Positions 51,101-64,000 of a stretch of DNA of 64,000 bases are shown here, piece by piece; within the stretch, counting starts at the first letter, position 1; each line of letters starts with the position of its first letter. Source of the DNA: Eledone cirrhosa (taxonomy: Eukaryota). Under the pieces are notes generated by a model. The model had not been told where the DNA came from, ran no database searches, and saw nothing but the letters and a program-made list of their open reading frames with translations. Position numbers and translations under genes: made by a program. The stretch spans positions 175,770,001-175,834,000 of the forward strand of contig OZ024743.1 of the NCBI GenBank assembly GCA_964016885.1. Reading direction: 5' to 3'.

Positions 51101-51354
51101 TTGAATTAGTATGGTATAGACAAGTACATATGTTGTTTAGGTGTATAATATTGTCAATACTCTGATATGCCCAGTTCCTTGTTGGGTTGTTAATTCACTG
51201 AGGAACTGGAGTCATATATGAGTCATATATGAGTCATATATGACTCCAGTTCCTCAGTGAATTAACAACCCAACAAGGAACTGGGCATATCAGAGTATTG
51301 ACAATATTATACACCTAAACAACATATGTACTTGTCTATACCATACTAATTCAA

Positions 51355-51409
51355 ACTGCCTGAAGAGGTCACAGCCAAAGATGGCTGTCACTGAAATATA
51401 TATAGCAGT
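51355..51409 (+). ncRNA. Type I hammerhead ribozyme
   Basis: ACTGC-CTGAAGA-GGTCACAGCCA AAGA TGGCTGTCACT-GAAA-TATATA-TA-GCAGT, immediately followed by AATAAA. Confidence 0.82.
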
Positions 51410-51574
51410 AATAAACGAAGCTAAATTTTAATCATTTGACTTTTATTTAACTTTATTTTACACTACTCCGGAGTAACCAAACCAACCTGCGCACTTCGTC
51501 GAGTGCTCCAGCCTGCATACTGAGGTGTTGGTATACAACCAACATAAACTCAAAATCTATATATATATATATAT

Positions 51575-52591
51575 ATACTATTAATAATGAGTTCAAATCT
51601 CAGGTAGTCCTTTACAATGAAATAGCTCAAAGAAAGAAGTATTTCTGAGCCGTGTAATACAAGTTAATATAAATTAATATATTTGATAAACACAAATACC
51701 AACATATCCATGTTTGTATTGTAAATGACTAAGTTAGCTAGATTGAAAAATACTAATTATAATAATACAGTTTGTCTGTCTCGATTTAAAATAATAAATC
51801 AATAACACAAAGTATATTGGCAAATGGCCGTGGTGCTTGGAGAAATTTAAATTTCAAAATCAAACCTGTTCCGTAGACTGGTTTAAACCTTAAAATCCAA
51901 ATAAGTTTCGAAAAATGAAAGTGAAAGAATACCGCATTTCTATCTCCTCAGCAAGCACCAGAAAAATTGGTATGTTTCACTTCAAAATATTTAAAAAGAC
52001 TGTTTAACGCACATGGTTTTTCACACATGGTTATCCAGTGTCTAGCTACCGCATACTCGTGCTGCTAGAAATAACAGCCGTTTATATGGGGTTAAATTTA
52101 ACTCTACGTAAGGAGCAGTGATACTATTAATAATGAGTTCAAATCTCAGGTAGTCCTTTACAATGAAATAGCTCAAAGAAAGAAGTATTTCTGAGCCGTG
52201 TAATACAAGTTAATATAAATTAATATATTTGATAAACACAAATACCAACATATCCATGTTTGTATTGTAAATGACTAAAGTAGCTAGTGAAAATATACCA
52301 ATTTTTCTGGTGCTTGCTGAGGAGATAGAAATGCGGTATTCTTTCACTTTCATTTTTCGAAACTTATTTGGATTTTAAGGTTTAAACCAGTCTACGGAAC
52401 AGGTTTGATTTTGAAATTTAATTTTGTCCAAGCACCACGGCCATTTGCCAATATACTTTGTTTTATTGATTTATTATTTTAAATCGAGGCAGGCAAACTG
52501 TATTTTTCAATCTAGCTAACTTAGTCATTTACAATACAAACATCGATATGTTGGTATTTGTGTTTATCAAATATATTAATTTATATTAACT

Positions 52592-52595
<4 letters not shown>
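51575..52595. repeat. 546-bp-period direct repeat plus inverted arm, bounded by (TA)n
   Basis: 51575-51740 recurs at 52121-52286. 52287-52593 is the reverse complement of ~51657-51980. Confidence 0.85.
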
Positions 52596-52640
<45 letters not shown>

Positions 52641-52689
52641 TATGTGTGTGTATGTTTGTGAGTGTTTATGTGTGTGTGTGTGTCTGTGT

Positions 52690-52850
52690 TTTGGCCACTA
52701 CATTTGGCTTCATATGTAGCTAGTATCATAAAGATATCTTTGGACAGCTGATTATGATGTAGGGGTATCTTCGATGTTTATTCCGCAGAGTTGCCTGATC
52801 TAGCTGTTTTGCCTGCATCCCTATCTCTTTTGTACATTAGGTATTTTCTT
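52690..52850 (-). pseudogene. Old R4/Dong family B fragment
   Basis: Similar to 25627-25795 (CCACTACAT..TCTTTGGACAGCTG..CTGCATCCCTATCTCT). Confidence 0.55.
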
Positions 52851-53260
52851 GTTATTTTGTTGTTATTTTGTTGAACAGGCTGCAAACGATGCAGTAAAAC
52901 ATCGGATGATTGAGAATGGTTTGCGGAAAAATGTTACCGTCAAACGAGACCAAATTCTAGATATAAATGCAAGAAATATCCCTCTCAGCAGACAATAGAG
53001 TTAGATGCAGCAGAAGAAAATCTGCCTGCTTCAACATTTGTCTAATTTATCAATTTAAGAATGCTTTATCGAACAACAAAGAATAAACAAAGAGAACTTG
53101 CTAATTAACAAATATAATTGATACTTCAATGTTTGGGGATAATAAATGTTCTGCTAAAAACGTACGCAGCAACACACGTGGCTCCTGCTAGGACACTTAC
53201 ATTTTAAAATTTACTACTAAAATGTTATGGTTCTTTAATAACGTTCTACGATAAAAGCGT

Positions 53261-56200
53261 AGACTAGATGACGTTTATTGACAGACTAGATGACGTTTAT
53301 TGACAGACTAGATGATGTTTATTGACAGACTAGATGACGTTTATTGACAGACAAGATGATGTTTATTGACAGACAAGATGACGTTTATTGACAGACAAGA
53401 TGACGTTTATTGACAGACAAGATGACGTTTATTGACAGACAAGATGACGTTTATTGACAGAAAAGATGACATTTATTGACAGACAAGATGACGTTTATTG
53501 ACAGACAAGATGACGTTTATTGACAGACTAGATGACGTTTATTGACAGACTAGATGACGTTTATTGACAGACAAGATGACATTTATTGACAGACAAGATG
53601 ACGTTTATTGACAGACTAGATGACGTTTATTGACAGACTAGATGACGTTTATTGACAGACAAGATGACATTTATTGACAGACAAGATGACGTTTATTGAC
53701 AGACAAGATGACGTTTATTGACAGACAAGATGACATTTATTGACAGACAAGATGACGTTTATTGACAGACTAGATGACGTTTATTGACAGACTAGATGAC
53801 GTTTATTGACAGACTAGATGAGGTTTATTGACAGACAAGATGACGTTTATTGACAGACAAGATGACATTTATTGACAGACAAGATGACGTTTATTGATAG
53901 ACTAGATGACGTTTATTGACAGACAGGATGACGTTTATTGACAGACAAAGATGACATTTATTGACAGACAAGATGACGTTTATTGACAGACTAGATGACG
54001 TTTATTGACAGACAAGATGACATTTATTGACAAACAAGATGACGTTTATTGACAGACTAGATGACGTTTATTGACAGACTAGATGACGTTTATTGACAGA
54101 CAAGATGACATTTATTGACAGACAAGATGACGTTTATTGACAGACAAGATAACATTTATTGACAGACAAGATGACGTTTATTGACAGACGAGATGACGTT
54201 TATTGACAGACAAGATGACGTTTATTGACAGACAAGATGACGTTTATTGACAGACTAGATGACGTTTATTGACAGACTAGATGACGTTTATTGACAGACA
54301 AGACGACATTTATTGACAGACAAGATGACGTTTATTGACAGACTAGATGACGTTTATTGACAGACAAGATGACGTTTATTGAGAGACAAGATGACGTTTA
54401 TTGACAGACTAGATGACGTTTATTGACAGACTAGATGACGTTTATTGACAGACAAGATGACATTTATTGACAGACAAGATGACGTTTATTGACAGACTAG
54501 ATGACGTTTATTGACAGACTAGATGACGTTTATTGACAGACAAGATGACATTTATTGACAGACAAGATGACGTTTATTGACAGACAAGATAACATTTATT
54601 GACAGACAAGATGACGTTTATTGACAGACGAGATGACGTTTATTGACAGACAAGATGACGTTTATTGACAGACAAGATGACGTTTATTGACAGACTAGAT
54701 GACGTTTATTGACAGACTAGATGACGTTTATTGACAGACAAGACGACATTTATTGACAGACAAGATGACGTTTATTGACAGACTAGATGACGTTTATTGA
54801 CAGACAAGATGACGTTTATTGAGAGACTAGATGACGTTTATTGACAGACTAGATGACGTTTATTGACAGACAAGATGACGTTTATTGACAGACAAGATGA
54901 CGTTTATTGACAGACAAGATGACATTTATTGACAGACAAGATGACGTTTATTGACAGACAAGATGACGTTTATTGACAGACTAGATGACGTTTATTGACA
55001 GACAAGATGACGTTTATTGACAAACAAGATGACATTTATTGACAGACTAGATGACATTTATTGACAGACAAGATGACGTTTATTGACAGACAAGATGACG
55101 TTTATTAACAGACAAGATGACGTTTATTGACAGACAAGATGACGTTTATTGACAGACAAGATGACGTTTATTGACAGACTAGATGACGTTTATTGACAGA
55201 CTAGATGACATTTATTGACAGACAAGATGACGATTATTGACAGACAAGATGACGTTTATTGACAGACAAGATGACGTTTATTGACAGACAAGATGACATT
55301 TATTGACAGACAAGATGACGTTTATTGACAGACAAGATGACGTTTATTGACAGACAAGATGACGTTTATTGACAGACAAGATGCCATTTATTGACAGACA
55401 AGATGACATTTATTGACATACAAGTTGACGTTTATTGACAGACAAGATGACGTTTATTGACAGACAAGATGACATTTATTGACAGACAAGATGACGTTTA
55501 TTGACAGACTAGATGACGTTTATTGAGAGACAAGATGATGTTTATTGACAGACAAGATGACGTTTATTGACAGACTAGATGACGTTTATTGACAGACAAG
55601 ATGACGTTTATTGACAGACAAGATGACGATTATTGACAGACAAGATGACGTTTATTGACAGACAAGATGACGTTTATTGACAGACTAGATGACATTTATT
55701 GACAGACAAGATGACGTTTATTGACAGACTAGATTACGTTTATTGACAGACAAGATGACGTTTATTGACAGACAAGATGACATTTATTGACAGACAAGAT
55801 GACGTTTATTGACAGACAAGATAACGTTTATTGACAGACAAGATGACGTTTATTGACAGACGAGATGACGTTTATTGACAGACAAGATGACGTTTATTGA
55901 CAGACTAGATGACATTTATTGACAGACAAGATGACGTTTATTGACAGACTAGATGACGTTTATTGACAGACAAGATGACGTTTATTGACAGACAAGATGA
56001 CGTTTATTGACAGACAAGATGACGTTTATTGACAGACTAGATGACATTTATTGACAGACAAGATGACGTTTATTGACAGACAAGATGACGTTTATTGACA
56101 GACAAGATGACGTTTATTGACAGACAAGATGACATTTATTGACAGACTAGATGACGTTTATTGACAGACTAGATGACGTTTATTGACAGACAAGATGACG

Positions 56201-59200
56201 TTTATTGACAGACAAGATGACGTTTATTGACAGACGAGATGACGTTTATTGACAGACAAGATGACGTTTATTGACAGACTAGATGACATTTATTGACAGA
56301 CAAGATGACGTTTATTGACAGACTAGATGACGTTTATTGACAGACAAGATGACGTTTATTGACAGACAAGATAACGTTTATTGACAGACAAGATGACGTT
56401 TATTGACAGACTAGATGACGTTTATTGACAGACAAGATAACGTTTATTGACAGACAAGATGACGTTTATTGACAGACGAGATGACGTTTATTGACAGACA
56501 AGATGACGTTTATTGACAGACTAGATGACATTTATTGACAGACAAGATGACGTTTATTGACAGACTAGATGACGTTTATTGACAGACAAGATGACGTTTA
56601 TTGACAGACGAGATGACGTTTATTGACAGACAAGATGACGTTTATTGACAGACAAGATGACGTTTATTGACAGACAAGATAACGTTTATTGACAGACAAG
56701 ATGACGTTTATTGACAGACGAGATGACGTTTATTGACAGACAAGATGACGTTTATTGACAGACTAGATGACATTTATTGACAGACAAGATAACGTTTATT
56801 GACAGACAAGATGACGTTTATTGACAGACGAGATGACGTTTATTGACAGACAAGATGACGTTTATTGACAGACTAGATGACATTTATTGACAGACAAGAT
56901 GACGTTTATTGACAGACTAGATGACGTTTATTGACAGACAAGATGACGTTTATTGACAGACGAGATGACGTTTATTGACAGACAAGATGACGTTTATTGA
57001 CAGACAAGATGACGTTTATTGACAGACAAGATAACGTTTATTGACAGACAAGATGACGTTTATTGACAGACGAGATGACGTTTATTGACAGACAAGATGA
57101 CGTTTATTGACAGACTAGATGACATTTATTGACAGACAAGATGACGTTTATTGACAGACAAGATGACGTTTATTGACAGACAAGATGACGTTTATTGACA
57201 GACTAGATGACATTTATTGACAGACAAGATGACGTTTATTGACAGACAAGATGACGTTTATTGACAGACAAGATGACGTTTATTGACAGACAAGATGACG
57301 TTTATTGACAGACTAGATGACATTTATTGACAGACAAGATGACGTTTATTGACAGACGAGATGACGTTTATTGACAGACAAGATGACGTTTATTGACAGA
57401 CTAGATGACATTTATTGACAGACAAGATGACGTTTATTGACAGACAAGATGACGTTTATTGACAGACAAGATGACGTTTATTGACAGACAAGATGACGTT
57501 TATTGACAGACAAGATAACGTTTATTGACAGACAAGATGACGTTTATTGACAGACGAGATGACGTTTATTGACAGACAAGATGACGTTTATTGACAGACT
57601 AGATGACATTTATTGACAGACAAGATGACGTTTATTGACAGACAAGATGACGTTTATTGACAGACAAGATGACGTTTATTGACAGACTAGATGACATTTA
57701 TTGACAGACAAGATGACGTTTATTGACAGACAAGATGACGTTTATTGACAGACAAGATGACGTTTATTGACAGACAAGATGACATTTATTGACAGACAAG
57801 ATAACGTTTATTGACAGACAAGATGACGTTTATTGACAGACTAGATGACGTTTATTGACAGACAAGATAACATTTATTGACAGACAAGATGAGGTTTATT
57901 GACAGACGAGATGACGTTTATTGACAGACAAGATGACGTTTATTGACAGACTAGATGACATTTATTGACAGACAAGATTACGTTTATTGACAGACTAGAT
58001 GACGTTTATTGACAGACAAGATGACGTTTATTGACAGACGAGATGACGTTTATTGACAGACAAGATGACGTTTATTGACAGACTAGATGACATTTATTGA
58101 CAGACAAGATGACGTTTATTGACAGACTAGATGACGTTTATTGACAGACAAGATGACGTTTATTGACAGACAAGATAACGTTTATTGACAGACAAGATGA
58201 CGTTTATTGACAGACAAGATGACGTTTATTGACAGACAAGATGACATTTATTGACAGACAAGATAACGTTTATTGACAGACAAGATGACGTTTATTGACA
58301 GACTAGATGACGTTTATTGACAGACAAGATAACATTTATTGACAGACAAGATGACGTTTATTGACAGACGAGATGACGTTTATTGACAGACAAGATGACG
58401 TTTATTGACAGACTAGATGACATTTATTGACAGACAAGATTACGTTTATTGACAGACTAGATGACGTTTATTGACAGACAAGATGACGTTTATTGACAGA
58501 CGAGATGACGTTTATTGACAGACAAGATGACGTTTATTGACAGACTAGATGACATTTATTGACAGACAAGATGACGTTTATTGACAGACTAGATGACGTT
58601 TATTGACAGACAAGATGACGTTTATTGACAGACAAGATAACGTTTATTGACAGACAAGATGACGTTTATTGACAGACTAGATGACGTTTATTGACAGACA
58701 AGATAACGTTTATTGACAGACAAGATGACGTTTATTGACAGACGAGATGACGTTTATTGACAGACAAGATGACGTTTATTGACAGACTAGATAACATTTA
58801 TTGACAGACAAGATGACGTTTATTGACAGACTAGATGACGTTTATTGACAGACAAGATGACGTTTATTGACAGACGAGATGACGTTTATTGACAGACAAG
58901 ATGACGTTTATTGACAGACTAGATGACATTTATTGACAGACAAGATGACGTTTATTGACAGACTAGATGACGTTTATTGACAGACAAGATGACGTTTATT
59001 GACAGACAAGATGACGTTTATTGACAGACAAGATGACGTTTATTGACAGACTAGATGACATTTATTGACAGACAAGATGACGTTTATTGACAGACAAGAT
59101 GACGTTTATTGACAGACAAGATGACGTTTATTGACAGACAAGATGACATTTATTGACAGACAAGATAACGTTTATTGGCAGACAAGATGACGTTTATTGA

Positions 59201-61491
59201 CAGACTAGATGACGTTTATTGACAGTCAAGATGACGTTTATTGACAGACTAGATGACGTTTATTGACATACTAGATGACGTTTATTGACAGACTAGATGA
59301 CGTTTATTGACAGACAAGAAGACGTTTATTGACAGACAAGATGACGTTTATTGACAGACAAGATGACATTTATTGACAGACAAGATGACGTTTATTGACA
59401 GACTAGATGACGTTTATTGACAGACAAGATAACGTTTATTGACAGACAAGATGACGTTTATTGACAGACGAGATGACGTTTATTGACAGACAAGATAACG
59501 TTTATTGACAGACAAGATGACGTTTATTGACAGACGAGATGACGTTTATTGACAGACAAGATGACGTTTATTGACAGACTAGATGACATTTATTGACAGA
59601 CAAGATGACGTTTATTGACAGACAAGATGACGTTTATTGACAGACTAGATGACATTTATTGACAGACAAGATGACGTTTATTGACAGACAAGATGACGTT
59701 TATTGACAGACAAGATGACGTTTATTGACAGACAAGATGACATTTATTGACAGACAAGATAACGTTTATTGACAGACACGATGACGTTTATTGACAGACT
59801 AGATGACGTTTATTGACAGACAAGATAACGTTTATTGACAGACAAGATGACGTTTATTGACAGACGAGATGACGTTTATTGACAGACAAGATGACGTTTA
59901 TTGACAGACTAGATGACATTTATTGACAGACAAGATGACGTTTATTGACAGACTAGATGACGTTTATTGACAGACAAGATGACGTTTATTGACAGACGAG
60001 ATGACGTTTATTGACAGACAAGATGACGTTTATTGACAGACTAGATGACATTTATTGACAGACAAGATGACGTTTATTGACAGACTAGATGACGTTTATT
60101 GACAGACGAGATGACGTTTATTGACAGACAAGATAACGTTTATTGACAGACAAGATGACGTTTATTGACAGACTAGATGACGTTTATTGACAGACAAGAT
60201 AACGTTTATTGACAGACAAGATGACGTTTATTGACAGACGAGATGACGTTTATTGACAGACAAGATGACGTTTATTGACAGACTAGATGACATTTATTGA
60301 CAGACAAGATGACGTTTATTGACAGACTAGATGACGTTTATTGACAGACAAGATGACGTTTATTGACAGACGAGATGACGTTTATTGACAGACAAGATGA
60401 CGTTTATTGACAGACTAGATGACATTTATTGACAGACAAGATGACGTTTATTGACAGACTAGATGACGTTTATTGACAGACAAGATGACGTTTATTGACA
60501 GACAAGATGACGTTTATTGACAGACAAGATGACGTTTATTGACAGACTAGATGACATTTATTGACAGACAAGATGACGTTTATTGACAGACAAGATGACG
60601 TTTATTGACAGACAAGATGACGTTTATTGACAGACAAGGTGACATTTATTGACAGACAAGATAACGTTTATTGACAGACAAGATGACGTTTATTGACAGA
60701 CTAGATGACGTTTATTGACAGACAAGATGACGTTTATTGACAGACTAGATGACGTTTATTGACAGACTAGATGACGTTTATTGACAGACTAGATGACGTT
60801 TATTGACAGACAAGATGACGTTTATTGACAGACAAGATGACGTTTATTGACAGACAAGATGACATTTATTGACAGACAAGATGACGTTTATTGACAGACA
60901 AGATGACATTTATTGACAGACTAGATGACGTTTATTGACAGACAAGATGACGTTTATTGACAGACAAGATGACGTTTATTGACAGACTAGATGACGTTTA
61001 TTGACAGACTAGATGACGTTTATTGACAGACGAGATGACGTTTATTGACAGACACGATGATGTTTATTGACAGACAAGATGACATTTATTGACAGACAAG
61101 ATGACGTTTATTGACAGACAAGATGACATTTATTGACAGACTAGATGACGTTTATTGACAGACAAGATGACGTTTATTGACAGACAAGATGACGTTTATT
61201 GACAGACTAGATGACGTTTATTGACAGACTAGATGACGTTTATTGACAGACAAGATGACGTTTATTGACAGACAAGATGACGTTTATTGACAGACAAGAT
61301 GACGTTTATTGACAGACAAGATGACATTTATTGACAGACAAGATGACGTTTGTTGACAGACAAGATGATGTTTATTGACAGACAAGATGACGTTTATTGA
61401 CAGACAAGATGACGTTTATTGACAGACAAGATGACGTTTATTGACAGACAAGATGACGTTTATTGACAGACAAGATGACATTTATTGACAG
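53261..61491. repeat. 22-bp satellite array, ~370 copies, consensus GACAGAC(A/T/G)AGATGAC(G/A)TTTATT
   Basis: Uninterrupted 22-bp period over ~8.2 kb with no unique spacers. Confidence 0.98.
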
Positions 61492-62260
61492 TAAAGACTT
61501 GTAATTAGCTACACGCTAAAATCCGTTAAAGTTGACGTAAAGTAGGAATTAATATCTACTACTTTTCAACATTACAAGGTCAATAAAATAAAGCCCTAAT
61601 CAAGTACTGGGTTTAATTTATTCACGTTTGCACTTCTCATAAATTTGCTGGCCTTGATTATAGATTTGAACTCAATATCTAAACTATAATAAAGTAAGGA
61701 GTGCGGTACTGCGTCCAGAATATATATTTTTTATTCCGTTTGTAAAATAAGTTGGAGTACTTTAAATAAATAATGAAATAATATTACATAATTTATCTAC
61801 TAAATTTCGTTATTCTTGATTAAATATAAATAATTTTGTTGCTTATTTTAAGATTCACTTCTTTAAAATTTTTAAATGTCAATACTTCAGGTTAGCGATC
61901 GCTTAAATAAACATTCATATATTTCCGTCACTAATTTTCTCTTAATGCAGTTTATATATAATATCGTTTTTGTTTAATGTATCATGGATTACGTTACTGA
62001 TTACATAAGACAGTATAACGCAGTCTTCGTTCAATTTCTGTGTATATTGTCAATTACGATTTTATTTGATGTATCATATCTACATGCATATATACTTGCG
62101 TATAATATCAATATGCACACTACACATGCTAGCAGAAAACCACCCGAAGGGTCGTTTTTCTGCTAGTTTTATATAATGATATAAACTATAATATTAGATA
62201 TAACGTTTGTGTGTGTTTTTCACATCCAAACAAACACACACACACACATTCACATACACG

Positions 62261-62291
<31 letters not shown>

Positions 62292-63074
62292 TAATATATA
62301 AGCTGATATGTTTACGAATATACTGGATGTTAGAGTATTTGGAACACTTTTGATACCAACCCGGTCAAACCCAGCTGGTTCTATAAAACAAACCACACAT
62401 TTTGAAGTGTTCCTATTTAAAGAAAAATCTCCTAACATAATTAGTTATTAACTTAGTAATGAGGTAATTAGGAACTTTAGTAAATCTGTCAAAATTCTTC
62501 ATTTCTTAATTGGAAGAATGTGTATTTCGCTAATATTGTTACAGGCTTTATTAACTCGGATACACGAATTTGCATAAATAACTCATTTATGGCAGTTGAT
62601 TTTATTTATTATTTACTGACGCATTAGCAGTGCTGTAAATCACAGCAGAATAATCCTTATCATTTAGAGTGTTAACTAAGTGTGTAAATTAAAATTCAAT
62701 AAACTGTACATTTGTAAATGAGTGCCTTGTCATATAATCTCATCGAGGATAGAGAAGAGACCAGCTGCACTGATTTCAATCTTTATTGAGATCTCATCTG
62801 GGAATCCTGATTTCTAATTCAAGTTTATTTTACATATCCCTATGAGGGCTGAAACCTTTAGATCTGAGATTGAATAAAGTGGATATAAGATATTAGTAAA
62901 TGAACATATAGTTACGTCATGATGTAGTTGAATCACTGTGGAAAACTACCCATGGCCCCCTGCTGTATGGAAAGTAATTAGTAAAGTGGCCGCTTAAGAC
63001 ATTTAATGTAATTGCCAACAATGATATACGTATATGTATAGAGAGAGGGGAAACGAAGAGAGAAAGAAAGAGAA

Positions 63075-63162
<88 letters not shown>

Positions 63163-63397
63163 CGAGAGAGAGCGAGAGAGAGGGAGAGAGAATGTATGTA
63201 TATTTGTACAAATACACACACACACACATACGCATATATATATATATATATATATATTGATTGAAATAACAGATACTTTATTATTATTACTTAATCTGTT
63301 ATTTCAATAAATATTTGCTCTACGGTTCTTATATATTTGATATATATTTATCCTTATCGAGCTCTCTTTGGATTTTAGTCTTCAAATTTATTATTAT

Positions 63398-63432
<35 letters not shown>

Positions 63433-63738
63433 AAGAGTGAAGAATAACATGGTCGGCTTTACAAAAAGGGTTTTATTTCTAGTATTATCAATTGTTTCAT
63501 AGACCAGGTGAGTCAAAAGGCCGCTAATTACTCTAAGTTGCGCCACTCGACCATCAATACAATGTGTCTCTGATCTCTGATCAAATCATCGGAATACTCC
63601 ATAACTGGATTACCTAAAACGATAACTTGTTATCTCATATATATCTATATCTATATATATGTATATAATGTGTAATATAGAAGTGGTTTCTAGAGGATTA
63701 GAACTGTGTCATTCAGAGCAAATCACCAGGAAAGCCGA

Positions 63739-63783
63739 TTCCTGATGATTTCTTTTGAACGAAACAGTTCTAGACCTGTAGAA
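63739..63783 (+). ncRNA. Type I hammerhead ribozyme, distant relative of the 310-nt family
   Basis: TTC-CTGATGA-TTTC TTTT GAAC-GAAA-CAG TTCTAGAC CTG-TA-GAA. Upstream CTGTGTCATTC is shared with 1197-1207. Confidence 0.7.
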
Positions 63784-63872
63784 GCTAGTTCTATATTAAA
63801 CATGTTGTTTACACTCTACTAATGTATTGAATGCCTTACTAAATGTAGTTACCTACGATTGAACCCGGGAGT

Positions 63873-63903
<31 letters not shown>

Positions 63904-64000
63904 ACACATACAATACACACATGCACACACACACACACACACAGACACAGATACACACACACACATACACACACACACACAAACACACATACACACACAT

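Larger units (their letters stand above)
50995..51556. mobile_element. ~465-bp near-perfect palindrome (50995-51460) with outward-facing hammerheads
   Basis: Arms 50995-51208/51247-51460, centre (GAGTCATATAT)x3. (TA)n at 50903-50996 and 51558-51578. Confidence 0.85.

Noticed and set aside
53261-61491. CRISPR array
   Set aside because: Contiguous 22-bp units without unique spacers, no cas genes, eukaryotic context.
62750-62880. Two divergent hammerhead-like remnants (CAGATGA..GAAA; CTATGA..GAAA)
   Set aside because: Cores are mutated and stems too weak to support a call.

Overview
AT-rich, microsatellite-dense animal genomic DNA with no recognisable host gene. The repeat content suggests a cephalopod, probably Octopus (inference). 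The window is almost entirely retroelement-derived. It contains one intact RTE-clade LINE (APE endonuclease + RT + three C-terminal C2H2 fingers, 11204-14749) and several non-autonomous or truncated relatives. It also has a nested cluster of restriction-like-endonuclease (R4/Dong-type) LINEs of two families inserted in (TATG)n tracts, Deu/Nin-domain tRNA-SINEs, a hAT-type MITE, a palindromic 60-bp minisatellite and an ~8.2-kb 22-bp satellite. The most striking unannotated signal is a set of at least ten type I hammerhead ribozyme motifs from several unrelated sequence families. They include a 310-nt tandem unit of retrozyme type and variants with a U3-A8 compensatory core. Most lie in head-to-head inverted repeats whose two outer ends both abut (TA)n tracts, which suggests a Penelope-driven, ribozyme-processed retroelement system. 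All folds were done by eye and nothing was searched or computed.
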